Shown: piece by piece, positions 27,653-37,162 of the stretch | How positions within the stretch are numbered: position 1 is the first letter of the stretch | How the letters are laid out: every line of letters begins with the position of its first letter | Source of the DNA: an uncultured bacterium | GTDB lineage: Bacteria > Oederibacteriota > JAAXVQ01 | Direction: 5' to 3' | DNA length: 64,000 bases | NCBI GenBank assembly: GCA_964593065.1 | Contig: CAZQGO010000009.1 | Location: 20,702 to 84,701, forward strand | Program-made: the position numbers and the translations under genes | The notes under the pieces: generated by a model | Seen by the model: the letters and a program-made list of their open reading frames with translations, nothing else | The model's database searches: none | Told to the model about the DNA's origin: nothing

Positions 27653-29032
27653 ATGGATTTGGACCAACGGAAGGTGGTTGTGCTGGGCATGGCGCGCAGC
27701 GGCTTGGCCGCGGCCGCCCTGTTGCAGCGCCACGGCGCGCGGGTGACGGTCTCCGACCGCAAACCGGCCGAGGATTTAGCGCCCGCCCTGGCCGAGCTGG
27801 CCAGGCTGGGCGTCGCCGCGGAAACGGGCGCCCAGCATTTGACCAGCCTGCAGGAGGCCGAGGTGATCGTGCTGTCGCCCGGCGTACCGGCGAATCTGCC
27901 CGAACTGGCCGCGGCCCGCGAACAGGGCAAGTCCGTCGTTTCCGAAGTCGAGCTGGGCTTCTGGTTCTGCCGGGGCCGCATCGCGGGCCTGACCGGCACC
28001 AACGGCAAGACGACCACGGTGCACCTGCTGACCCGCATGATCGAGGAGGCGGGGCTGAAAGCCTACCTGGCCGGCAACGTGGGACTGCCCTTCACGGCCG
28101 TGGCCGAAACCATGGCGCCGCGGGACTTGGCCGTGCTGGAGCTGTCCAGTTTTCAGCTGGAGACGATCGTGGATTTCCGGGCGGAGGTCGCGGCCATTCT
28201 CAACATCACGCCGGACCATCTGGACCGCTACCCGCACATGCAGGCCTACGTGGAAGCCAAGGCCGCCATCATGCGCAACCAGCGGGATCGCGACGTGGTG
28301 GTGTTGAACGCCGACGACAAATACACCCCGCTGCTGGCGGCGCAGGCGCCCGCGCGCGTCCTGCAGTTTTCCCGTCAGCAAATCCTCGCGACGGAAGGCG
28401 TGTGGGTGCAGGACGGGGTGATCCGCCACCGCCTCTTCGGCGGGCAGGCCCGTGAGCTGCTGCCGGCCGACCAGGTGCTGCTGCCGGGTCCCCATAATTT
28501 GGAGAACGCCCTGGCCGCGACGGCCATGGGGTTGTCGCTGGACCTCCCGGAGGCCGCCGTGGCCGCAGCCCTGCGAACCTTCCCGGGCGTGGCGCACCGG
28601 CTCGAATTCGTGGGGGAGGTCGGAGGCGTCCGCTTCATCAACGATTCCAAGGGGACGAACGTGGATGCCGTGAGCAAGGCCCTGCAAAGCTATTCGCAAC
28701 CCATCGTCCTGATCCTGGGCGGGCGGGACAAGCAGGGGGACTTCACCCTCCTGCAGCCCCTGCTGCGGGCACACGCCCGGGCGGTGGTGGTTCTGGGCGA
28801 GGCGGCGGAGAAAATCACCCGCCAGATCCAGAACACGGTGGCCGTGCATCCGGCGCAGGATTTGCGCGCGGCCGTGCGCACCGCGGCCGGGCTGGCCCGG
28901 CCGGGAGACGTGGTCCTGCTGTCCCCGGGCTGCGCCAGTTTCGACCAGTTTAGAAATTTCGAGGAACGCGGGGATACCTTCCGCGAGGAAATCCGCCGCT
29001 TGGCCGGCGAACCGACGGGAGCGGGCGCATGA
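27653..29032 (+). CDS. murD: UDP-MurNAc-L-Ala--D-Glu ligase
   Basis: GMARSG, TGTNGKTTT, ELSSFQL, DHLDRY, NDSKGTN, LLSPGCASFDQF. Confidence 0.97.
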   Translation: MDLDQRKVVVLGMARSGLAAAALLQRHGARVTVSDRKPAEDLAPALAELARLGVAAETGAQHLTSLQEAEVIVLSPGVPANLPELAAAREQGKSVVSEVELGFWFCRGRIAGLTGTNGKTTTVHLLTRMIEEAGLKAYLAGNVGLPFTAVAETMAPRDLAVLELSSFQLETIVDFRAEVAAILNITPDHLDRYPHMQAYVEAKAAIMRNQRDRDVVVLNADDKYTPLLAAQAPARVLQFSRQQILATEGVWVQDGVIRHRLFGGQARELLPADQVLLPGPHNLENALAATAMGLSLDLPEAAVAAALRTFPGVAHRLEFVGEVGGVRFINDSKGTNVDAVSKALQSYSQPIVLILGGRDKQGDFTLLQPLLRAHARAVVVLGEAAEKITRQIQNTVAVHPAQDLRAAVRTAAGLARPGDVVLLSPGCASFDQFRNFEERGDTFREEIRRLAGEPTGAGA

Positions 29033-30147
29033 ACCGCCCCGCCGCGCAAACCCGGTCCATGGACATGAACCTGCTGACGCTGACCGCGGTTCTGGTCGGG
29101 ATCGGGCTCATCATGATCTATTCGTCCTCGACCATCCTGGCGTTGCGCATGTACGGGGACGCCTATTTCTTCATCAAACGCCAGGTGCTGTGGGCGATCC
29201 TGGGATTCGGAACGCTGTGGGCTTTCAGCCGTTATCCCTACCTCAAGTTGCGCCGCTGGGTCATGCCCCTGCTGGCGGCGTGCGTGTTCCTGCTTCTCGC
29301 CGTGCTGGTCTTGCCGGTCGGCAAGGCCGTGGGCGGGGCCCGGCGCTGGTTGTCCTTGGGGGGGCTGTCGTTTCAACCCGCCGAGATGCTCAAACTCGTG
29401 ATCGTGATTTATCTGGCGGACGCACTGGTGCGGAAGCACGACTCGATCAAGTCCTTCGTCGCGGGCGTGCTGCCGCACCTGCTGGTGGTCGGGCTGCTGG
29501 CCACGCTCCTGCTGCTGCAGCCCGATTTGGGCACGGCGGCCATCGTGGTGGCTTTGGCCGGCGGCATGCTCTTCGTGGGCGGGGCGCGGTTCTCGCACCT
29601 GCTTTCCCTGCTGCTGACCTCCTTGCCGGCCGTGTTTCTGCTGGTGTTCAAAGTCGGCTACCGCAAGCGGCGGCTGGACGCTTTCCTGGATCCCTGGCGC
29701 GAACCCCTGGGCAAGGGTTTTCAGATGATCCAGTCTTTCCTGGCCCTGGGCAGCGGCGGGTTATGGGGGCGGGGCTTGTGCGAGAGCCAGCAAAAACTGT
29801 TTTATCTGCCCACGCCCCACACGGATTTCATTTTCAGCATCCTGGGGGAGGAATTGGGCTTCGTGGGCACGTTCCTCGTAATCGTGCTGTATGGGATTTT
29901 CATCTGGGCCGGGTTTTCCATCGGGCGGCGCTGCGCGGAACCGTTTGGCAAATTGCTGGCCTTCGGTTTGACGCTGCTGCTGGGTTTGCAGGCCGTGATC
30001 AATATCGGCGTGGTGTGCGGACTGGTGCCCACCAAGGGCACGACCCTGCCTTTCATCAGCGCGGGAGGATCGTCGCTGCTCTTTTCCCTGATGGCCGTGG
30101 GCATCCTGCTGTCCATTTCCCGCACGCTGCCGGAGGAGGGAGCATGA
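29029..30147 (+). CDS. ftsW: Peptidoglycan glycosyltransferase FtsW
   Basis: GARRW, FQPAE, QPDLGT, HTDFIFSILGEELG, LPFISAGGSS. Confidence 0.96.
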   Translation: MNRPAAQTRSMDMNLLTLTAVLVGIGLIMIYSSSTILALRMYGDAYFFIKRQVLWAILGFGTLWAFSRYPYLKLRRWVMPLLAACVFLLLAVLVLPVGKAVGGARRWLSLGGLSFQPAEMLKLVIVIYLADALVRKHDSIKSFVAGVLPHLLVVGLLATLLLLQPDLGTAAIVVALAGGMLFVGGARFSHLLSLLLTSLPAVFLLVFKVGYRKRRLDAFLDPWREPLGKGFQMIQSFLALGSGGLWGRGLCESQQKLFYLPTPHTDFIFSILGEELGFVGTFLVIVLYGIFIWAGFSIGRRCAEPFGKLLAFGLTLLLGLQAVINIGVVCGLVPTKGTTLPFISAGGSSLLFSLMAVGILLSISRTLPEEGA

Positions 30148-31283
30148 ACGCGGCGGGCGCGGGTTGGGCGGTCTGCGGCGGCGGCACGGGGGGGCACATC
30201 TACCCGGCTCTGGCCGTGGCGGCCGAGCTGCGCCGGCTGGCGCCCGGAGACGAAATCTATTTCCTGGGCAAGGAAGGCGGCATGGAACAGGAGCTGGCCA
30301 GCCGCGCGGGCTTGTCCTTTTACGGGCTGCCGGCGGCCGGTTTGGAGCGCAACCTGACGCCGCGGAACGTGGTCGCCCTGTGGAAGGCCATGAGCGGGAC
30401 CCAGCAGGCTTTGAAGCTTTTCCACCGCCTGCCGGTGAAGGCGATCTTGGGGACCGGGGGATTCGTGTGCGGGCCGGTGATCCTGGCCGCGGCCATGCTC
30501 AGGATTCCCAGCATCGTGCACGAGAGCAACGCCGTTCCCGGGCTGACCAATAAACTGCTCGGAGCCATGGTGACGCGGGTGGCCGTGGCGTACCCCGAGG
30601 CCGCCGCACCGTTTCCCGCGAAAAAAACCGTGGTCACCGGCTTTCCGTTGCGGCCGGACCTCAACCGTTCCAGCCGGGAGGAAGGCTGCCTGACCTTCGG
30701 CCTGGATCCGGCCAAACGGGTGCTGCTCGTGTTTCCGGGCAGCCTGGCGGCCAGGCGCGTGAACCGCGCCGTGGCCGAGGTCCTGCCCAAACTTTTCCGG
30801 CGCATGCCGGACCTGCAAATTTTGTGGATGACCGGCAAGGCCGATTACGCCCTGGCACGCCGCCTGGTGGAGAAGTTCGCCCTGCCGGTGACCATCCGGG
30901 AATTCATCCACGAAGTCCCGGCCGCCTACGCGGCCGCCGACCTGGTGCTGGCCCGCGCCGGAGCCGGGACCTTGGCGGAACTTGCGGCCACCGGCAAGCC
31001 GGCGATCCTGGTGCCCTATCCCTACGCCACGCACAACCATCAGGAACGCAACGCCGGCTTCATGCTGGCAGCCGGCTCGGCCGAGCTGCTGGCGGACGAA
31101 TCCTTGGACGGGGATGCGCTGCTGGAGAAGGTCCGCGAGGTCTTCGCGAAACTGGAAGGCATGACCCAACGGGCCGCGGAGCTGCGGGCCCGATACCCGC
31201 AGGGGGCGGCGGAAGTTCTGGCCAAGATGCTGCTGGCGTTGGCCGCGGACCGGACGCCATCCGCCGGGGGACAGAAAGGGTAG
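30144..31283 (+). CDS. murG: Undecaprenyl-PP-MurNAc-pentapeptide GlcNAc transferase
   Basis: GGGTGGHIYP, HESN, RAGAGT, HQERNA; ATG 30144 overlaps the ftsW stop. Confidence 0.96.
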   Translation: MNAAGAGWAVCGGGTGGHIYPALAVAAELRRLAPGDEIYFLGKEGGMEQELASRAGLSFYGLPAAGLERNLTPRNVVALWKAMSGTQQALKLFHRLPVKAILGTGGFVCGPVILAAAMLRIPSIVHESNAVPGLTNKLLGAMVTRVAVAYPEAAAPFPAKKTVVTGFPLRPDLNRSSREEGCLTFGLDPAKRVLLVFPGSLAARRVNRAVAEVLPKLFRRMPDLQILWMTGKADYALARRLVEKFALPVTIREFIHEVPAAYAAADLVLARAGAGTLAELAATGKPAILVPYPYATHNHQERNAGFMLAAGSAELLADESLDGDALLEKVREVFAKLEGMTQRAAELRARYPQGAAEVLAKMLLALAADRTPSAGGQKG

Positions 31284-31287
31284 AAGC

Positions 31288-32688
31288 ATGCGTCATTATC
31301 ATCGGGTGCACTTCATCGGCATCGGGGGCGCCGGCATGAGCGGGATCGCCGAGGTGCTGTTGAACCTCGGCTACCACGTGAGCGGATCCGACCTGAAGGC
31401 TTCGGACGCTACGCGCCGCCTGGCCCGCTTGGGGGCCGAGATTTTCATCGGGCACCGCGCCCGCCAGGTCCAGCCGGGCACGGACTTGGTCGTGGTGTCG
31501 AACGCGGTTCCCGACACGAATCCGGAGGTGCTGGCCGCCCGGGACAGGGAGATCCCCGTTTTCTCGCGGGCCCGCATGCTCAACGACCTCATGCGCTTGA
31601 AGCAGGGGCTCGCGATCGCGGGCACCCACGGCAAAACCACGACCACGTCCATGCTGGCCTGGATCATGGCGCAGGCGGGAATGGATCCCACCCTGGTCAT
31701 CGGCGGCGTGCTGAACAACATTCACCGCAACGCGCGCAAGGGCAAGGGCGAATATTTCGTGGTCGAGGCCTGCGAGGCCTATTCCTCGTTTCTGCAGCTG
31801 AACCCGGTGGCGGTCATCGTGACCAACATCGACGACGACCATCTGGAAAACTACGGTTCCCGGGGAGCCTTGGACGACGCCTTCGTGGAGTTCGTCAACC
31901 GGGTGCCCTTCTGGGGGTTCGCGGTGCTCAACGGCGACGATCCCGGCGTGAAGGCCATCGCCCCGCGCATCGTGCCGCGCACCATCACCTACGGTTTCTC
32001 GGCTGAGGCGGATGTGCAGGCGGCTTCCCCGGTGCAAACCGGCTTGCGTCAGGATGTGCTCGTGACCTACCACGGCCGGGTCCTGGGCCACTTGCGGATC
32101 GGCCTGCCGGGCCGGTTCAATCTCGCCAACGCCCTGGCGGCCACGGCCATGGCCCTGGAACTGGGCGTCCCGTTCAAAACCGTGCAACGGGCCCTGACCA
32201 CCTTCCGCGGCGTGCGGCGGCGGTTCGAATTCAAGGGCCGTCTCAACCGCGCCCTGGTGGTGGACGATTACGGGCATCATCCCACGGAGGTGGCCGCCAC
32301 CCTGACGGCGGCGCGCACGCTCAATCCGGGCCGGCTGCTGGTGCTGTTTCAGCCGCACTTATTTTCCCGGACCCAAAGACTGTACAAGGAGTTCGCCCGC
32401 TCCCTCCTGCTGGCCGACGAAGTGTATTTGGCCGACATCTATCCGGCGCGCGAGCGGCCGATCCCGGGCGTGTCCTCGCAGTTGATCGCGGACCAGCTGC
32501 AAATCGAAGGCCGGCCCGTGGCCGCGGGGCCGCTGCCCTTGGCCCGCTTGGCGCCGCGCCTGCGGCGCGAATTGCGGCCCGGGGATCTGTTCCTGACCGT
32601 AGGGGCGGGAGACGTCTGGAAGTTGGGAGAACAGTTGGTCCGGCCGGCCAAGACGGCCCGGGCCGGAAAAAAAACGAGGAGCAAGTAG
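31288..32688 (+). CDS. murC: UDP-MurNAc--L-alanine ligase
   Basis: HFIGIGGAGMSG, AGTHGKTTT, DDYGHHPTE, FQPH. Confidence 0.97.
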   Translation: MRHYHRVHFIGIGGAGMSGIAEVLLNLGYHVSGSDLKASDATRRLARLGAEIFIGHRARQVQPGTDLVVVSNAVPDTNPEVLAARDREIPVFSRARMLNDLMRLKQGLAIAGTHGKTTTTSMLAWIMAQAGMDPTLVIGGVLNNIHRNARKGKGEYFVVEACEAYSSFLQLNPVAVIVTNIDDDHLENYGSRGALDDAFVEFVNRVPFWGFAVLNGDDPGVKAIAPRIVPRTITYGFSAEADVQAASPVQTGLRQDVLVTYHGRVLGHLRIGLPGRFNLANALAATAMALELGVPFKTVQRALTTFRGVRRRFEFKGRLNRALVVDDYGHHPTEVAATLTAARTLNPGRLLVLFQPHLFSRTQRLYKEFARSLLLADEVYLADIYPARERPIPGVSSQLIADQLQIEGRPVAAGPLPLARLAPRLRRELRPGDLFLTVGAGDVWKLGEQLVRPAKTARAGKKTRSK

Positions 32689-32833
32689 TGAAGCGGGACG
32701 TGCGTCCTTATCCCACGACGCAGCCATTTCCATCGCCGCCGACGCCTGCGACGCAACTTCGCCGAACACCCCGGCCCACGCCAGGGGTAAGGGTGCACGT
32801 CCGGCTTCACTACGCTCCCGCGGGAGGGGCCGC

Positions 32834-33787
32834 ATGCGGGCAAGCGCGGCCGCGCTGAAAAGAAAAATACAGGCCCGCCTCGGCTCCAAGCCCCTGGCCG
32901 TGCTCATGGGCGGTTTTTCGGCCGAGCGCGAGATTTCCCTGCACAGCGGCGCCAAGGTCCTGCAGGCGCTGCGCCGGACGGGCCTGCGGGCCTTCGGGCT
33001 CGACGTCAGGCGCTGGGCCGATTTGGAAGCCCTGCGCCGCCGCGCCGGCGCGGCCTGGATCTGCCTGCACGGCACGGGCGGCGAGGACGGCCAGCTTCAG
33101 GGCGCGCTGGAGTGGATGGGCCTGCCTTACACGGGCTCCGGCGTGTCGGCTTCGGCTCTGGCCATGAACAAGTCTTTGGCCAAGGCGGTTCTGAAAGCGC
33201 ATGGCCTGCCCACCCCGCCCTGGCGCCTGCTGGCCGGACCCGGCGACGCCCCCGGGCCCGGTCTGCCGCTGCCGCTGGTGGTCAAACCCAACCGCCAGGG
33301 GTCGGCCGTGGGCATCACCATCGTGCGGCGGCGGGCGCGGCTGGCGGCCGCCGTACGCGCGGCGCGGCGCCTGGACGCGGAGGTGCTGCTGGAAAAATAT
33401 TGTCCCGGCCGGGAAATCACGGTCGGCATTCTGGGGGCGGAAGCGTTGCCGGTCATCGAGATCGTTCCGAAAAACGAATTCTATGATTTTCAGGCCAAGT
33501 ACGAACCCGGCATGTCGGCGCACCTCTTGCCGGCCCGGATTCCGCCTGCGCTCCGGCGGCGGGCGCAGGCCTTGTCCTTGGACGCCCACCGGCTTTTGGG
33601 CTGCCACGGCGTCAGCCGGGTGGACCTCATGGCCGGCCCGGGCGGCTGCCTGCACATCCTGGAGGTCAATACCATTCCGGGCATGACGGAGACCAGCCTG
33701 CTGCCCGACGCGGCGAGGCACGCGGGGCTCGGCTTCGAGGAATTGGTGCTGCGCATCGCCGCCTCGGCCTGGGAGCCGCGGCCGTGA
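32834..33787 (+). CDS. ddl: D-alanine--D-alanine ligase
   Basis: GGFSAEREISL, LHGTGGEDG, FYDFQAKY, LEVNTIPGMT. Confidence 0.96.
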   Translation: MRASAAALKRKIQARLGSKPLAVLMGGFSAEREISLHSGAKVLQALRRTGLRAFGLDVRRWADLEALRRRAGAAWICLHGTGGEDGQLQGALEWMGLPYTGSGVSASALAMNKSLAKAVLKAHGLPTPPWRLLAGPGDAPGPGLPLPLVVKPNRQGSAVGITIVRRRARLAAAVRAARRLDAEVLLEKYCPGREITVGILGAEALPVIEIVPKNEFYDFQAKYEPGMSAHLLPARIPPALRRRAQALSLDAHRLLGCHGVSRVDLMAGPGGCLHILEVNTIPGMTETSLLPDAARHAGLGFEELVLRIAASAWEPRP

Positions 33788-34626
33788 CCTCCGTTTCCCG
33801 CCTGGCCTACGCGGGCCGGAGCCTGTCGGCCGGAAGAATGCAAAGCGTCCGCAGGCGGCCGAATCGGTATGTTTCCCGGCGCCGCCCGCGCAACGACTGG
33901 GAGCGGCTTCACACCACGCTGGGCGAGCGGCACCTGGCGCGGCCGCAGGGCTTGAGCTTGCCCCTGCGCATCCTGGTCACGGCCGCGCTGCTCGGCATCA
34001 GTTTCGCCATCGTCAGCAAGGAGCCCGGCCTGCACGATCAGGTTGCCGCGGCGGCGGAGGGAGTCTGGGACCAGGCCCGAAGCTGGTTCGCGAATTCGGA
34101 GGCGCGCCCGGCGGTCCCGGCCCGGGCACCCCGGACCTCGTACCCGGCAACCGGCGGCGGATTCCCGGGACGGTCCGGGGCCCGGGCGGCGGCCGACTTC
34201 CAGCCGCTGGCCTTGATTTCGGACGGCGGCGTCTTCGTCCTGGGGGTGGACGGCGGGGTCCATGCCTGGAACGCGCGGATGGCCGCACGCGGCTTGCCGG
34301 TGATCACCGGCGTCAAGGTCTGGGAAGAACCGGTAAGGATGGGCGTGGGCTTGAAATCCGACCTGCCGCCGGATTTAATCCGGCGGATTATCAGCATGCC
34401 GTTCGCCGTGTGGCTTTCGGAGATCCACCTGGGGAGCCCCGGGGATTTGATCCTTTACACGCGCGACGCCATCAAGATCAAGCTGGAAAACGGTCCGCAC
34501 CTGGCCCGCGACTTGCGGCGCCTGGAGGCGGTGCTGGAAGACATCCGCGTGAAGCACAAGGCCATCGCCGCGATCGACATGCGTTTTTTGAACTGCATCG
34601 TGGTCAGGCCGCGTGACGGGAGGTGA
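33784..34626 (+). CDS. ftsQ: Divergent FtsQ/DivIB-like protein
   Basis: Position between ddl and ftsA; one TM; C-terminal LPVITG..LSEIHL..IDMRF..IVV typical of FtsQ; POTRA region not recognisable. Confidence 0.65.
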   Translation: MTSVSRLAYAGRSLSAGRMQSVRRRPNRYVSRRRPRNDWERLHTTLGERHLARPQGLSLPLRILVTAALLGISFAIVSKEPGLHDQVAAAAEGVWDQARSWFANSEARPAVPARAPRTSYPATGGGFPGRSGARAAADFQPLALISDGGVFVLGVDGGVHAWNARMAARGLPVITGVKVWEEPVRMGVGLKSDLPPDLIRRIISMPFAVWLSEIHLGSPGDLILYTRDAIKIKLENGPHLARDLRRLEAVLEDIRVKHKAIAAIDMRFLNCIVVRPRDGR

Positions 34627-34630
34627 AGAC

Positions 34631-35878
34631 ATGGCCAAGGACCTGCACGACAACCTTGTCGTCGGCCTGGACCTGGGCACGACGAAGATCTGCACGGTAA
34701 TCGGGGAAGTCCTGCCCGAGGGGACCGTGAACATCATCGGCGTGGGCGTCAAGCCCTCGCGCGGCCTGCGCAAGGGCGTGGTGGTCAACATCGAAAACAC
34801 CATCGAATCGGTCAAGGCGGCGGTGACCGAGGCCGAGCGCATGGCCGGCGTGCACGTGGGTTCCGTGTTCGCGGGGATCGCCGGCGGGCACATCAAGGGC
34901 CTGAACTCGCATGGCGTGATCGCGGTTTCGCGCAAGGACAAGGAAATCACCCGGGAGGACGTGGAACGGGTCATCGAGGCGGCCAAGGCCATCTCGCTGC
35001 CCCTGGACCGCGAGGTCATCCACGTGCTGCCCCAGGAATTCATCATCGACAACCAGGACGGCATCAAGGAACCGGTGGGCATGTCGGGGGTACGGCTGGA
35101 GGCCGAGGTCCATATCGTCACCGGCGCGGTGACCAGCGCCCAAAACATCATCAAGAGCGTGGAGCGGGCCGGCTACGCCGTGGAGGACATCGTGCTGCAG
35201 CCCTTGGCCAGCGCCGAGGCCGTCATGAGCCCGGATGAACGGGAGCTGGGCGTGGTTTTGGCGGACATCGGCGGCGGCACCACCGACTTGGCCGTGTTCA
35301 TCGACGGGGCCCTGTGGCACTCCAGCGTCCTGGCCATCGGCGGCAATCAGCTCACGGCGGACATTGCCATCGGGCTGCGCACCCCCAACCAGGAAGCCGA
35401 GGCCATCAAACGCAAGTACGGCTGCGCCTCGGTGTCGCTGGTGGAGGAGGGGGAGGAGATCACCGTGCCCGGCGTGGGCGGGCGGCCGCCGCGGACCCTG
35501 CCGCGCCGCAGCCTGGCCGAGATCATCCAGCCCCGGATGGAGGAAATATTCGAACTGATCGACATGGAGATCAAGAAAAACGGCTTCGAGGAAAAGGCGG
35601 CCGCGGGCGTCATCCTGACCGGGGGCTCCGCCTTGCTGGCGGGCACGGCCCAGCTGGCCGAGGAAATCCTGCAGGTCCCGATCCGCGTCGGCGTGCCGCG
35701 CAACGTGACCGGCATGCTGGATGTGGTCAATTCCCCCGAGTTCGCCACCGGCGTCGGACTGGTCTGCTTTGGCGCCAAGAGCCGGCCCGAAGGCGTGCGC
35801 CAGCGATTCCGGGGGGAAGGCAGTCTTTTTACCCGCGCCCTGCAGCGCATGCGGGATTGGTTCACCGAATATTTTTAG
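34631..35878 (+). CDS. ftsA: Cell division protein FtsA
   Basis: GLDLGTTKI, DIGGGTTD, ILTGG, FATGVGL. Confidence 0.97.
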   Translation: MAKDLHDNLVVGLDLGTTKICTVIGEVLPEGTVNIIGVGVKPSRGLRKGVVVNIENTIESVKAAVTEAERMAGVHVGSVFAGIAGGHIKGLNSHGVIAVSRKDKEITREDVERVIEAAKAISLPLDREVIHVLPQEFIIDNQDGIKEPVGMSGVRLEAEVHIVTGAVTSAQNIIKSVERAGYAVEDIVLQPLASAEAVMSPDERELGVVLADIGGGTTDLAVFIDGALWHSSVLAIGGNQLTADIAIGLRTPNQEAEAIKRKYGCASVSLVEEGEEITVPGVGGRPPRTLPRRSLAEIIQPRMEEIFELIDMEIKKNGFEEKAAAGVILTGGSALLAGTAQLAEEILQVPIRVGVPRNVTGMLDVVNSPEFATGVGLVCFGAKSRPEGVRQRFRGEGSLFTRALQRMRDWFTEYF

Positions 35879-36009
35879 CCGGCCGGGGCAGGCTGGGCCG
35901 GGATGAGCGGGATCGGGCCCGGGGTCCGTGTCCCGCCGGCAGCACATGACGACTGTGGGCGGCGAGCCCGGCGGCCCCAAGCCGCAACTTGACGGGGAGG
36001 TGGCGTGGC

Positions 36010-37161
36010 ATGAAGTTCGAATTCGATGAGGAGCTCACGAAGTTGTCGGCCAACATCAAGGTGGTGGGAGTCGGAGGCGGCGGCAATAATGCGATCAACC
36101 GCATGATCGACATCGGGGTCCGGGGCGTGGAATACATCAGCGTCAATACGGATGCGCAGGATCTGCTGTCCTCGCGCGCCCCGACCCGGCTGCAAATCGG
36201 GCGCCAACTGACGGAAGGGTTGGGAGCCGGCGCAGACCCCGAGGTGGGCCGCAAGGCGGCCCTGGAGAGCCAGGAGGAGCTGGCGGCCGTGGTGGCGGGC
36301 GCCCACATGGTGTTCGTCACCGCCGGTTTGGGAGGCGGAACCGGAACCGGCGCCGCCCCGGTGATCGGGGAACTCGCCCGCAAACAGGGTTCCCTGACCG
36401 TGGCCGTGGTCACCCTGCCGTTTATTTTCGAAGGCCGGGCGCGGCGGCTGCAGGCGGAGCAGGGATTCCACGCCCTGCGCGAGGTCGTGGACACGGTCAT
36501 TACCGTGCCCAACGAGCACCTGCTCAAGGTGGTCAGCAAGCAAACCACGCTGACCGAGGCCTTCAAGACCGCGGATGACGTCCTGCGCCAAGCGGTCCAG
36601 GGCATCGCCGAACTGATCACCGAGCCGGGCATCATCAACCTGGATTTCGCGGACATCAAGACCGTCATGTCGGAAATGGGCGGGGCCCTCATGGGCATCG
36701 GCCATGGCAGCGGCGATCAACGGGCGCTCAAAGCGGCCCAGCAGGCCATTTCCAGCCCGTTGCTGGAAAACGTGAGCATCGAGGGGGCGCGCGGCCTGCT
36801 CATCAATATCACGGGCCCGAAGACCCTGACCCTGCACGAGGTCAGCGAGGCCACCAGCGCCGTGTTCGAAAGCTCGGGCAAGGAAGCCAACGTGATTTTC
36901 GGGACCGTGGTGGACGAGAAACTCAACGACGAGGTCAAGGTCACGGTGATCGCCACGGGTTTCGAAAAGTCGCAGCTGCAGCGGGAACGGGACACGCAGC
37001 GCCTGAAGGGTGTCAAAGGCATGGACTTGAGCAGCTTCATCGCGGCGCGCGAAAACCAGCGCCGCCCGGCTCCCAGCGAAAACCTGTCCTTGGAGCCGGT
37101 CATGTCCGAGGCCGACCTGGACATCCCGACCTTCCTGCGGCGCAAGATCGAGGCCCGCTGA
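36010..37161 (+). CDS. ftsZ: Cell division protein FtsZ
   Basis: GVGGGGNNA, GGGTGTG, NLDFAD, C-terminal DLDIPTFLRR. Confidence 0.98.
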   Translation: MKFEFDEELTKLSANIKVVGVGGGGNNAINRMIDIGVRGVEYISVNTDAQDLLSSRAPTRLQIGRQLTEGLGAGADPEVGRKAALESQEELAAVVAGAHMVFVTAGLGGGTGTGAAPVIGELARKQGSLTVAVVTLPFIFEGRARRLQAEQGFHALREVVDTVITVPNEHLLKVVSKQTTLTEAFKTADDVLRQAVQGIAELITEPGIINLDFADIKTVMSEMGGALMGIGHGSGDQRALKAAQQAISSPLLENVSIEGARGLLINITGPKTLTLHEVSEATSAVFESSGKEANVIFGTVVDEKLNDEVKVTVIATGFEKSQLQRERDTQRLKGVKGMDLSSFIAARENQRRPAPSENLSLEPVMSEADLDIPTFLRRKIEAR

Positions 37162-37162
37162 C

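Noticed and set aside
29190-30143. Apparent long N-terminal extension of MurG
   Set aside because: Alternate frame of ftsW; real start at 30144.
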